A stretch of DNA of 32,000 bases from an uncultured Clostridia bacterium (GTDB taxonomy: Bacteria > Bacillota > Clostridia > TANB77 > CAG-508), in assembly GCA_944390285.1 (NCBI GenBank), contig CALXPN010000002.1, positions 241,342-273,341 on the forward strand. The letters run 5' to 3'. The notes under the pieces are model-generated. The model made no database searches. It was not told the DNA's origin and saw only the letters and a program-made list of their open reading frames with translations. Position 1 is the first letter of the stretch; each line of letters opens with the position of its first letter. Position numbers and translations under genes: made by a program. Positions 1 to 9,039 of this stretch are shown in pieces.

Positions 1-257
1 TTTGCACCTCCTAATTTATATTTATTTTATTTTTTACTTTTATTTGTAACAAATATATTCTATTTATTCACAAGTAATATAAATTATACTATAAGTTATC
101 AAAAAAAGTCAAGTAATAAATAAAATTTGTAAGTATTATCTCCCTAAAGATTTCTATTTTTATTTTTTTATTTTTTTGTAGACTTTTATTTAAATTTATC
201 TTGATATTTAAATTTTTTTTTGATATTATATGAGCGTAATGTAATAATAAAAATAAG

Positions 258-336
258 TTTTCCACAATTTGTTGAATCTTACAGCTTGCTATTTGCCTAG
301 TGTTTTAGAATTCTATGTGGACAACCTTGTGGATAA
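258..336. promoter_or_regulatory. oriC left part: DnaA-box cluster upstream of dnaA
   Basis: TTTTCCACA at 258-266 (1 mismatch to TTATCCACA). TGTGGACAA at 316-324 (reverse orientation, 1 mismatch). Perfect TGTGGATAA at 328-336 (reverse complement of TTATCCACA). Preceded by an extremely A/T-rich tract at about 100-230. Confidence 0.7.
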
Positions 337-368
337 ATAAAATGTAGAAAGGACGGTTTTTCCAAAGG

Positions 369-1712
369 ATGTATTCTGATAAAAACGATTTACTTACAAA
401 AGCAAAAGACCTATTAAAAGAAGAAATGACTACAATTTCATACACAACTTGGATTAAAAATTTAGAAATACAATCTGTAAATGATAATAAAATCGTTTTA
501 GTAGCCCTTTCAAAAATGCAAAAAGATGCTATTGAGTCACGTTTATTTGATTTGGTTTCTAATACTTTTAATTTTATAACAAATAAAAATTGTGAAATAG
601 AAATAATAGAAAAGACAGATGAAATAGCTAATAATAGGGTAGAAGAAGAAATAAATTTTACAAATACAGAAAATTATACAAATAGTTTTTTAAATCCAAA
701 ATATACTTTTGATAATTTTGTAATAGGAAATAATAATAAATTTGCTCAAGCTGCAGCATATGCCGTTTCTGAATCACCAGCTACTGCTTACAATCCTTTA
801 TTTATTTATGGTGGAGTGGGACTAGGTAAAACTCATTTAATGCAAGCTATAGGTAATAAAATTATGCAAAATAATCCTAATGCAAAAGTTTTATATGTAA
901 CTTCTGAAAAATTTATTAATGAACTTGTTAACTCTATAAAAGATGCTAATTATAAAAATGAATTATTTAGAAATAAATATAGAAATATAGATGTTTTATT
1001 AATAGATGATATTCAATTTATAGCTGGTAAAAAAACAGGTCAAGAAGAATTTTTTCACACTTTTAATAGTCTTCATCAGAATGGAAAACAAATTATAATT
1101 TCTAGTGATAAGCCACCAAGAGATATACCTTTATTAGAAGAACGTTTAAAATCTAGATTTGAATGGGGAATACTTGCAGATATTTCTATGCCTGACTATG
1201 AAACAAGACTTGCTATTCTTAGAAAAAAAGTTCAAACTGATAAAATAATAATAGATGATTATATATTATCTGTAATTGCTACTAAAATAGATTCAAATAT
1301 TAGAGAATTAGAAGGAGCATTAAATAAAATTGTTGCTTATGCTTCTCTTACACATAGTCCAATTACAATAGAAATAGCTGAAAAATCTATAAATGACATT
1401 GTTCTTCAAAAAGAAAAAGTTATATCATCTGAATATATACAAGAAATAGTTGCAAAATATTTTAATATAGATAAAAAAGATTTAATTTCTTCAAAAAAAT
1501 CTAATGATATAGCTTATCCAAGACAAATTGCAATGTATTTATGCAGAAATGTTGCACAAATGTCTTTTCCAAAAATAGGAGCAGACTTTGGAAATAGAGA
1601 TCATACTACAGTTATGCATGCCGTAAACAAAATTGAAAAAGAAATAAAGGAAAAAACAAACACAAAATTAATTGTGGAAAGTGTGAAAAATATAATTCAA
1701 GATTCAAATTAA
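369..1712 (+). CDS. dnaA: Chromosomal replication initiator DnaA
   Basis: 447 aa ORF. AAA+ Walker A GGVGLGKTHL, Walker B LLIDDIQF, and a C-terminal DNA-binding segment (GADFGNRDHTTVMHA). Canonical position ahead of dnaN, flanked by DnaA boxes. Confidence 0.97.
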   Translation: MYSDKNDLLTKAKDLLKEEMTTISYTTWIKNLEIQSVNDNKIVLVALSKMQKDAIESRLFDLVSNTFNFITNKNCEIEIIEKTDEIANNRVEEEINFTNTENYTNSFLNPKYTFDNFVIGNNNKFAQAAAYAVSESPATAYNPLFIYGGVGLGKTHLMQAIGNKIMQNNPNAKVLYVTSEKFINELVNSIKDANYKNELFRNKYRNIDVLLIDDIQFIAGKKTGQEEFFHTFNSLHQNGKQIIISSDKPPRDIPLLEERLKSRFEWGILADISMPDYETRLAILRKKVQTDKIIIDDYILSVIATKIDSNIRELEGALNKIVAYASLTHSPITIEIAEKSINDIVLQKEKVISSEYIQEIVAKYFNIDKKDLISSKKSNDIAYPRQIAMYLCRNVAQMSFPKIGADFGNRDHTTVMHAVNKIEKEIKEKTNTKLIVESVKNIIQDSN

Positions 1713-2030
1713 TTTATATTTAAGTAAAAATTAATAAAATAAAAAAAAGATGTTTTACAAACATTTTTTTCACAAAAGAAGAGGTATTAACTCTTACGGA
1801 ATAGCTAGATTAGATTTCCACATATATATGTGAAAATCCTGTATATTTTTTGTTAATAACCCATTATTCACAAATGATATTGAATAAAGTGGATAAATAT
1901 AAATTTTATTCACATACTTTTACACATAGTTTTTGCTAGGGAAATAAAGGATTTGGGAACTTTTCCACTAAATCCACAAGCCCTATAACTAATACTACTA
2001 TTAATATTATTTAATAAAAGGAGAAATAAA
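1713..2030. promoter_or_regulatory. oriC right part: dnaA-dnaN intergenic DnaA-box cluster with an A/T-rich candidate unwinding region
   Basis: TTATTCACA at 1864-1872 and 1906-1914. AGTGGATAA at 1888-1896. TTTTCCACT at 1961-1969. AAATCCACA at 1970-1978. Weaker box-like palindrome TTCCACATATATATGTGAAAA at about 1816-1836. Nearly pure A/T run at 1713-1760. The bipartite oriC layout flanking dnaA is typical of Firmicutes. Confidence 0.7.
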
Positions 2031-3146
2031 ATGAAAGTTATTTGTGAAAAAGAAAAAATTTTAAAAGGTATAACTTCTGTTATAAATGGTGTAGCTTCAA
2101 AAACAACTATGCCTATATTAGAAGGGATATTAATACAAACTAATGATAATGAATTAAAATTAACTTCTTATGATTTAGAAATAGGTATAGAATATATTGT
2201 AGAAGCACAAGTTGAAGAACAAGGAAATACAGTTGTAAATGCAGTAATGTTTAGTGAAATAATAAAAAGATTACCAGTAGCAGAAATTAAACTAAATATA
2301 AATGAAAATAATCTATTAGAAATAGAATGTGAAGGATCTTTATATAAACTTGCTACAATGAATCCTGATGAATTTCCAGAATTACCAAAAATAAATGTAG
2401 ATAACTTTATAGAGATAGAACAAACTACTTTAAAAAATATGATAAGAAAAACTATTTTTGCTGTTAGTACAGAAGAAAATAGACCTATTTTTACAGGATG
2501 TTTATTTGAAGTAAATGAAAACAAATTAAATGTTGTAGCAGTAGATGGCTATAGATTAGCTATAAAAAGTACATATTTAAATAATAATTCAAATGTATTT
2601 AGTAGTGTTATTCCAGGAAAAACATTAAATGAAGTAAATAAAATAATTTCAGATTCTTTTGATAATATAAAAATAGGAATATCAAGAAATCAAGCTTTAT
2701 TTGAAATGGAAAATTGTAAAATAGTAACACGTCTTTTAGATGGGGAATTTTTAAAATATTCAAATACAATACCACAAAATTGGGAAACAAGAATTAGAGT
2801 AAATAAAAATAATATTCAAAATTGTTTTGAAAGAATATCTTTAATATCATCATCATCAATAGAAAAAGAAAAAAAATATCCTGTAAAAATAAGTATAGAA
2901 ATTGGAAAAGTTACAATTTCTTGTGCTAACCAAACAGGTGATGCAAAAGAAGAAATTTATGTAGAAACAGAAGGGAAAGAATTAGAAATAGGATTTAATC
3001 CAAGATTTTTCTTAGATGCATTAAAAGCAATAGATGATGAAGAAGTTTATATAGAATTTGGAACAAATAGATCTCCATGTATAATTAAATCTGTTGAAGA
3101 TGGAGATTACATTTACATGATATTACCAATAAAAATGAAAGAATAA
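2031..3146 (+). CDS. dnaN: DNA polymerase III beta sliding clamp
   Basis: 371 aa ORF directly after dnaA. SD AAAGGAG at 2017-2023, 7 nt before the ATG. Length and N-terminal pattern (MKVICEKEKILKGI...PILEGILI) are typical of beta clamps. Confidence 0.95.
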   Translation: MKVICEKEKILKGITSVINGVASKTTMPILEGILIQTNDNELKLTSYDLEIGIEYIVEAQVEEQGNTVVNAVMFSEIIKRLPVAEIKLNINENNLLEIECEGSLYKLATMNPDEFPELPKINVDNFIEIEQTTLKNMIRKTIFAVSTEENRPIFTGCLFEVNENKLNVVAVDGYRLAIKSTYLNNNSNVFSSVIPGKTLNEVNKIISDSFDNIKIGISRNQALFEMENCKIVTRLLDGEFLKYSNTIPQNWETRIRVNKNNIQNCFERISLISSSSIEKEKKYPVKISIEIGKVTISCANQTGDAKEEIYVETEGKELEIGFNPRFFLDALKAIDDEEVYIEFGTNRSPCIIKSVEDGDYIYMILPIKMKE

Positions 3147-3178
3147 TTATCCACAAAAAGATAACAAAAAGTGGATAA
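3147..3178. promoter_or_regulatory. Convergent DnaA-box pair immediately after the dnaN stop
   Basis: Perfect TTATCCACA at 3147-3155 and AGTGGATAA at 3170-3178 (reverse, 1 mismatch), separated by AAAAGATAACAAAA. Confidence 0.55.
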
Positions 3179-3218
3179 GTGAAAGGAGATATTAGTTTTA
3201 ACAAACTAATAAAGAAAA

Positions 3219-3431
3219 ATGCCAGAGAGTTTAAAAAATATATTAGAAAAAATATCAGATATATTTATGATTATTTCAAAAAAATTTGATAAAATATCAG
3301 AAAAGATATATGAGCAGACAGGAAAAAAAATAAATGTAGGTGCAATAGTATTAGGAATTATATTACTTATTTTTGTATTATTTTTTGTTAAATCTATACT
3401 AACTTGGCTTTGGGGACTTTTAAATGGTTAG
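3219..3431 (+). CDS. Small membrane protein (hypothetical) in the slot usually held by the S4-domain yaaA gene
   Basis: 70 aa ORF with one clear C-terminal hydrophobic helix (VGAIVLGIILLIFVLFFV). Weak SD. The strong AAAGGAGA at 3182-3189 is too far upstream to serve this ATG. Confidence 0.45.
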   Translation: MPESLKNILEKISDIFMIISKKFDKISEKIYEQTGKKINVGAIVLGIILLIFVLFFVKSILTWLWGLLNG

Positions 3432-3440
3432 AGGTAAATA

Positions 3441-4526
3441 ATGTATATAAAAAATATATTATTAGAAAATTTTAGAAATTATGAAAAAGAGCAAATAGAT
3501 TTAAATAAAAATATAAATATTATATATGGAAATAATGCTCAAGGAAAAACAAATATAATTGAGTCTATATTTTTATGTGCCTATGGAAAATCTTTTAGAG
3601 CTAAAAAAGATAGAGAGTTAATTAAATTTGAACAAGATTCTGCAAGAGTAGAAATAAAATATAAAAAAATAGATAGAGAAGGTTCTATAAAGGCAGAAAT
3701 AAAAGATAAAAAAACTTTTTATTTAAATGGGATAAAGCAAAATAAAATAAGTGATATAATAGGAAAAATAAATATTGTTATTTTTACACCAGATGATATA
3801 GAAATAATAAAAGATGGCCCCCAAAGAAGAAGAAGATTTTTAGATATGATGATTAGTTCTTTAAGACCTAATTATATACATCTGTTAAATAATTATAATA
3901 AAATATTAGAAGAAAGAAATAATTATTTAAGACAAATAAAATTAGAAAATAAAAAAGAAGATTTACTTGATATTTGGGATACCCAACTTTCTGAATATTC
4001 TTATAAAATATATGAATATAGAAAATATTTTATAAATAAATTTTCCGAAAAGATAGAAGATATCCACAATTTGATAACAAAAAGTGGAAAAGAAGATATA
4101 AAAATAAGATATATAAGTAATAGCAAGGATAAAAAATCATTTTTAGAGAATTTAAAAAAGTCAAGACCTATGGATATAAAAAGAGGTTTTACAGCAACTG
4201 GTATACATAGAGATGATTTTATGATATATATAAATAATAGACAAGCATCAATTTTTGGTTCACAGGGACAACAAAGAACTGTAGTATTAACATTAAAACT
4301 CTGCGAATTAGAAATTGTTAAAGAAGAATTAGGAGATTCACCAATATTATTATTAGATGATTTTATGTCTGAATTAGATGAGAAAAGAAGAGAAAGTTTT
4401 TTAGAAAATATTAATGAAAATCAAGTAATAATAACATGTACAGATAAAATAAATATAGAAAAAAACAAAATAGAAACATATTTTGTTGAAAATGGAATTT
4501 GCAGAAAAGTTAAGGAGCAAAATTAA
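3441..4526 (+). CDS. recF: DNA replication and repair protein RecF
   Basis: 361 aa. Walker A GNNAQGKTN, SMC/ABC-like signature FGSQGQQRT, Walker B LLLDDFMSELD. Conserved dnaN-recF-gyrB context. Confidence 0.95.
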   Translation: MYIKNILLENFRNYEKEQIDLNKNINIIYGNNAQGKTNIIESIFLCAYGKSFRAKKDRELIKFEQDSARVEIKYKKIDREGSIKAEIKDKKTFYLNGIKQNKISDIIGKINIVIFTPDDIEIIKDGPQRRRRFLDMMISSLRPNYIHLLNNYNKILEERNNYLRQIKLENKKEDLLDIWDTQLSEYSYKIYEYRKYFINKFSEKIEDIHNLITKSGKEDIKIRYISNSKDKKSFLENLKKSRPMDIKRGFTATGIHRDDFMIYINNRQASIFGSQGQQRTVVLTLKLCELEIVKEELGDSPILLLDDFMSELDEKRRESFLENINENQVIITCTDKINIEKNKIETYFVENGICRKVKEQN

Positions 4527-4772
4527 ATGTATTTACATATAGGAAAAGATATTGTTATAAATGATAAAGATATTATTAGTATATTAAATTTGAATTATGT
4601 AAAAAATACAAAGACATATAAAAAAATGTATAAAAATTTGGAAGAAAAAAAAGCAATTATAAATATAGCAGATAATAAAGAAAAAACATTTATATTAACA
4701 AAAGAAAAAAGTGTAGAAAAAGCTTATATTAGTAATATAAGTGTAAATACGTTAATAAAAAGAGTTATATAA
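4527..4772 (+). CDS. remB: DUF370 / RemB (YaaB)-like small protein
   Basis: 81 aa. The start abuts the recF stop (TAAATG). The N-terminus [20 protein letters not shown] matches the DUF370 pattern. The slot between recF and gyrB is the conserved Firmicute position. Confidence 0.75.
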   Translation: MYLHIGKDIVINDKDIISILNLNYVKNTKTYKKMYKNLEEKKAIINIADNKEKTFILTKEKSVEKAYISNISVNTLIKRVI

Positions 4773-4786
4773 TAGGGAGGCAGAGA

Positions 4787-6715
4787 ATGGAAAAATATAA
4801 CCATGAGTACAGAGCAGAACAAATACAAGTGTTAGAGGGATTAGAAGCAGTTAGAAAAAGACCAGGAATGTACATAGGAAGTGTTTCTGTAAGAGGATTA
4901 CATCATCTAGTTTATGAAATTGTTGATAATGCAGTAGATGAGGCTTTAGCAGGATACTGTAAGAATATAAAAATAGTAATAGAACCTGGAAATATTATTT
5001 GTGTAGAAGATGATGGTAGAGGAATTCCTGTAGATAAACATCCAAAAACAGGATTATCTGCTGCTGAAACTGTTTATACAGTTCTACATGCTGGTGGAAA
5101 ATTTGGTGGAGATAGTGGATATAAAGTATCTGGAGGACTTCATGGTGTTGGTGCATCTGTTGTAAATGCACTTTCTAAGTGGACAGAAGTAACTATTCAA
5201 AGAGATGGTGGAATTTATACAATGAGTTTTGAAAGAGGAAAAACAATAAAAACTCTTGAAAGAATAGGAGATTCAAATAAAACTGGAACAAAAGTAAGAT
5301 TTTTAGCAGATGATAAAATATTTGAGACATTAGAATATGAATATGAAGTATTAGAAAACAGATTTAGAGAAATGGCTTTTTTAACAAAAGGATTAAATAT
5401 AGAGATAGAAGATCAAAGAGAAGAAGTTCCTAAAAAAGCTAAATTTTGTTATGAAGGTGGACTTATTTCATTTGTTGAATATTTAAATAGAAATAAAGAA
5501 AAATTACATCCAAAACCTATTTATATTGAAAAAGATGGAGAATATCCAGTTGAAATAGCAATACAATATACAACATCTTATTCTGAAAATATATATACTT
5601 TTGTTAATAATATAAATACAGTTGAAGGTGGAACACATCTTGAAGGATTTAAAAGATCTTTAACAAAAGTATTTAATGATTATGCAAGAGCTAAAAATAT
5701 ATTAAAAGAAAAAGATTCTAATCTACAAGGTGATGATATAAGAGAGGGAATAACAGCAGTTATTTCTGTAAAAGTAAAAGAGCCACAATTTGAAGGACAA
5801 ACAAAAACAAAATTAGGTAATAGTGAAGTTACAGGAATAGTTCAATCAATGATGAATGAGCATTTGGCTAATTTTTTAGAAGAAAATCCAAATGTGGCAA
5901 AATCAATACTTGAAAAATGTATAAGTGCATCAAGGGCAAGAGAAGCTGCGAGAAAAGCAAGAGAACTTGCTAGAAAGAAAACTTCTCTAGAAACATCAAC
6001 ACTTCCAGGAAAACTTGCTGATTGTAGTAGTAAAGTTGCAGATGAATGTGAAGTATATATAGTTGAGGGAGATTCTGCAGGAGGAAGTGCAAAACAAGGA
6101 AGAGATAGAAAATTCCAAGCAATACTTCCACTTTGGGGGAAAATGCTTAATGTAGAAAAAGCAAGAGCAGATAAAATTTATGGAAATGATAAGTTAAATC
6201 CAGTAATACTTGCTATTGGTGCTGGAATTGGACAAGATTTTGATATAACTAAAATTAGATATGGAAAAGTTATTATAATGGCTGATGCAGATGTTGATGG
6301 AGCACATATAAGAACTTTGTTATTAACATTTTTCTTTAGATATATGAGACCTTTAATAGAAAATGGAAATGTGTATCTTGCACAACCACCTTTATATAAA
6401 TTATCAAAAAAAGGAATGGAAGATATTTATTGTTATACAGATGATGATTTAGAAATTAAATTTAAAGAATTAGAAGAAAAAGGAATTTCAAGAGACCAAG
6501 TAGGAATACAGAGATATAAAGGTTTAGGAGAAATGAATCCAGAACAGTTATGGGAAACAACAATGAATCCAGAAACAAGAACATTAATAAAAGTAACAAT
6601 GGATGATGCAATATCTGCTGATTCTACATTTTCTTTATTAATGGGAGATGAAGTAAATCCTAGAAGAGAGTTTATAGAACAAAATGCGAAATATGTAAAA
6701 AATTTAGATATTTAA
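4787..6715 (+). CDS. gyrB: DNA gyrase subunit B
   Basis: 642 aa. GHKL ATPase motif [46 protein letters not shown], and the C-terminal tail RREFIE. SD GGGAGG upstream. Confidence 0.98.
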   Translation: MEKYNHEYRAEQIQVLEGLEAVRKRPGMYIGSVSVRGLHHLVYEIVDNAVDEALAGYCKNIKIVIEPGNIICVEDDGRGIPVDKHPKTGLSAAETVYTVLHAGGKFGGDSGYKVSGGLHGVGASVVNALSKWTEVTIQRDGGIYTMSFERGKTIKTLERIGDSNKTGTKVRFLADDKIFETLEYEYEVLENRFREMAFLTKGLNIEIEDQREEVPKKAKFCYEGGLISFVEYLNRNKEKLHPKPIYIEKDGEYPVEIAIQYTTSYSENIYTFVNNINTVEGGTHLEGFKRSLTKVFNDYARAKNILKEKDSNLQGDDIREGITAVISVKVKEPQFEGQTKTKLGNSEVTGIVQSMMNEHLANFLEENPNVAKSILEKCISASRAREAARKARELARKKTSLETSTLPGKLADCSSKVADECEVYIVEGDSAGGSAKQGRDRKFQAILPLWGKMLNVEKARADKIYGNDKLNPVILAIGAGIGQDFDITKIRYGKVIIMADADVDGAHIRTLLLTFFFRYMRPLIENGNVYLAQPPLYKLSKKGMEDIYCYTDDDLEIKFKELEEKGISRDQVGIQRYKGLGEMNPEQLWETTMNPETRTLIKVTMDDAISADSTFSLLMGDEVNPRREFIEQNAKYVKNLDI

Positions 6716-6720
6716 GAAAA

Positions 6721-6756
6721 AGCACTATAAAGAATAAAATCTTTATAGTGCTTTTA
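6721..6756. terminator. Bidirectional hairpin terminator between gyrB and the convergent orphan gene
   Basis: AGCACTATAAAG (6721-6732), 8-nt loop, CTTTATAGTGCT (6741-6752), followed by TTTT. Confidence 0.75.
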
Positions 6757-7620
6757 ACAATATAATTGAGTACCTTCTAAAATTTTGGTTTTAATAATTT
6801 CTTTATATGGAACTTCTTTATAAGTACGCGTGTTCTTATCAAACAAAAAATAAGTAGTAGAAGGAGGTACATTATTAGATGGTGGCATAAAACTCTTAAA
6901 ATAATAATTTTCTTCGTGAATTTCAGGATTATAACTTCTATATATAGAGTTATTTTGTGATTTTAAAACACGTTTATTTAAAAATTTTAATACTTTAAAT
7001 TGTTCATCATCTCCAATTTTTTGTGGATCAAAAAATCTAGGAAGAAAATGAAATAATAACTGTAATTTTTCAGATTCTTTTATATCATATCTATTAATTA
7101 GTCTACTACAAGGTTCTAAATATGCATCTATATATGGATTTTTTTTACTTATATATCCTATTTTTTCGTCGATTTGAGCTAATTCTTGTTCAGATAAAGT
7201 AGTAGAAGCAAAATACTTTGTTTTTGAATGAGATTGTATTCTTGATAAATCATTTGCAAGTGATGTCAAATGTTCTATATTGTTATCATCAAAAAATACA
7301 GCTTCTGAATGATATGTATTTGTAAAAGGATCAATATTTACTTTTTTTTCATAACATTTGATTCCAAGAGCTCTTAATATTTCGAGATATTGACATGTAA
7401 ATTTATTACATATTCCTATATTAGGATTTCTATAAGATGTAGGACTATTAAAGTATTCATATTGTTCATAATCACTTAAATATTTGTAAATAGGTTCATA
7501 AAAACTCACTTTTCCGAGTTCTAAATATGCAAGTCTAGCTTTTTCTAATATAGATAAATTTGTAGGGATTTTTTGTATAATGTCTTGCAATGAATTTATA
7601 TCAGTTTTTATAAAAATCAC
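6754..7620 (-). CDS. Hypothetical protein, possible transglutaminase-like / papain-fold cysteine protease domain
   Basis: 288 aa ORF. The segment GICNKFTCQYLEILRALGIKCYEKKV...YHSEAVFFDDNN...LANDL resembles the Cys...His...Asp core of transglutaminase-like domains (by eye only). The start is uncertain: the annotated GTG lies only 1 nt after an AGGAG. Confidence 0.55.
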   Translation of the reverse strand: MIFIKTDINSLQDIIQKIPTNLSILEKARLAYLELGKVSFYEPIYKYLSDYEQYEYFNSPTSYRNPNIGICNKFTCQYLEILRALGIKCYEKKVNIDPFTNTYHSEAVFFDDNNIEHLTSLANDLSRIQSHSKTKYFASTTLSEQELAQIDEKIGYISKKNPYIDAYLEPCSRLINRYDIKESEKLQLLFHFLPRFFDPQKIGDDEQFKVLKFLNKRVLKSQNNSIYRSYNPEIHEENYYFKSFMPPSNNVPPSTTYFLFDKNTRTYKEVPYKEIIKTKILEGTQLYC

Positions 7621-7694
7621 ACTCCTAATTTTAAATTAGAGATATTATATCATGAAAGTGCTAAAAAATAAAGAAATAATAAGATTTTATAATT

Positions 7695-7731
7695 GATAAC
7701 GCCATAAAGAATAAACTTTATGGCGTTTATC
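7695..7731. other. Orphan GC-containing hairpin in a gene-free tract
   Basis: GATAACGCCATAAAG (7695-7709), loop AATAAA, CTTTATGGCGTTTATC (7716-7731). No convincing T-run on either side and no ORF ends next to it. Confidence 0.35.
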
Positions 7732-8243
7732 ATCATAAAACTTATATTAACTTTCAGCTAAAACTAATATATATAATAGTTTAACCTAATGTATATTACT
7801 ATACAAGTAAGCTATATATCACATATACTAATCCTTTGCTAGAATATAAATCCACTCGAAATAGCCATATTCGTCCATATAGGATTAAAAACAACCATTT
7901 TTGAATAAAAATATAATCATAACTTCAAATATATTATATACTTTTCAAATCCTTTATATAAAATGATTAATTAGATTTAATAATATATTAAAAAATTAAC
8001 TAAGAAAGAACTATCAAGCAAATAATATATTCTTTGTGACCAACATAACTTACTAAAAGTATTTCTTTTAATAAATTACATTTTTACTCGAAATAATTAC
8101 CACTAATTATTTAAAATATTAAATCAATTAATAATAATTATCTCTAAGTTAGGCTAATATAAATTTTATAATATTATTATGAGCATTTTGAAAAAATATA
8201 TTCAAAAAATTTTAAGGAAAATTTTTCAAAATATATTAATAAT

Positions 8244-8289
8244 TTCTTAATAAATTCTCTATTTTTTCTTAATAAATTTCTGTTATAAT
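8244..8289 (+). promoter_or_regulatory. Promoter region of the two-component operon with a 13-bp direct repeat (candidate response-regulator operator)
   Basis: TTCTTAATAAATT at 8244-8256 and again at 8266-8278 (22-bp period), followed by an extended -10 TGtTATAAT at 8281-8289, about 40 nt before the RR start. Confidence 0.45.
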
Positions 8290-8329
8290 ATGAATAATAA
8301 ATAGATAATAAAAGATAGGGGATTTAAAG

Positions 8330-9025
8330 ATGTATAATGTTTTAGTATGTGATGATGATAAAGAAATAGTAAAAGCAATTGAAATATACTTAAGTAAAGA
8401 AGGATATAATATTTTAAAAGCGTACAATGGAAATGAAGCATTAAAAATATTAAAAAATAATAAAATTCATTTAATTATTTTAGATATAATGATGCCAGAA
8501 AAAGATGGTATAGAAACACTAAATGAAATTAGAAAAACTGCTTCAATTCCAGTAATAATGTTATCTGCTAAATCTGAAGATGAAGACAAGATAAATGGAC
8601 TAAATTTAGGAGCAGATGATTATGTAACAAAACCATTTAATCCATTAGAATTAATTGCAAGAGTAAATTCCGGAATTAGGAGATATACAAAACTTGGCAA
8701 TATAAAGGATGAGGAAAATCAAAATATATATTCAACAGGAGATTTAATAATAGATGATAATCTTAAAAAAGTTTCTGTTGATGGTAATGAAGTAAAACTA
8801 ACACCAACAGAATATAATATTTTAAAATTTTTAACTCAAAACAAAGGAATTGTGTATTCAATAGAACAGATATATAAAAATGTTTGGGAAGATGAAGCAT
8901 ATGCAGCAGAAAATATAATTGCAGTACATATAAGACATATAAGAGAAAAAATAGAAATAAATCCAAAAGAACCAAAATATTTAAAAGTTATTTGGGGAAT
9001 TGGATATAAAATAGAAAAAATATAA
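8330..9025 (+). CDS. OmpR/PhoB-family response regulator
   Basis: 231 aa. Receiver domain (VCDDD..., LIILDIMMPEKDG, VTKPF) plus a C-terminal winged-helix DNA-binding domain (LTPTEYNILKFL..., WGIGYKI). SD AGGGGA upstream. Confidence 0.93.
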   Translation: MYNVLVCDDDKEIVKAIEIYLSKEGYNILKAYNGNEALKILKNNKIHLIILDIMMPEKDGIETLNEIRKTASIPVIMLSAKSEDEDKINGLNLGADDYVTKPFNPLELIARVNSGIRRYTKLGNIKDEENQNIYSTGDLIIDDNLKKVSVDGNEVKLTPTEYNILKFLTQNKGIVYSIEQIYKNVWEDEAYAAENIIAVHIRHIREKIEINPKEPKYLKVIWGIGYKIEKI

Positions 9026-9039
9026 AAGGAGAAAATAAA

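Noticed and set aside
1-14. TTTGCACCTCCTAA at the left edge is the reverse complement of TTAGGAGGTGCAAA, a strong SD for a leftward gene. rpmH is commonly divergent from dnaA.
   Set aside because: The start codon and gene body lie outside the window, so no feature can be supported. It is recorded only as a hint.
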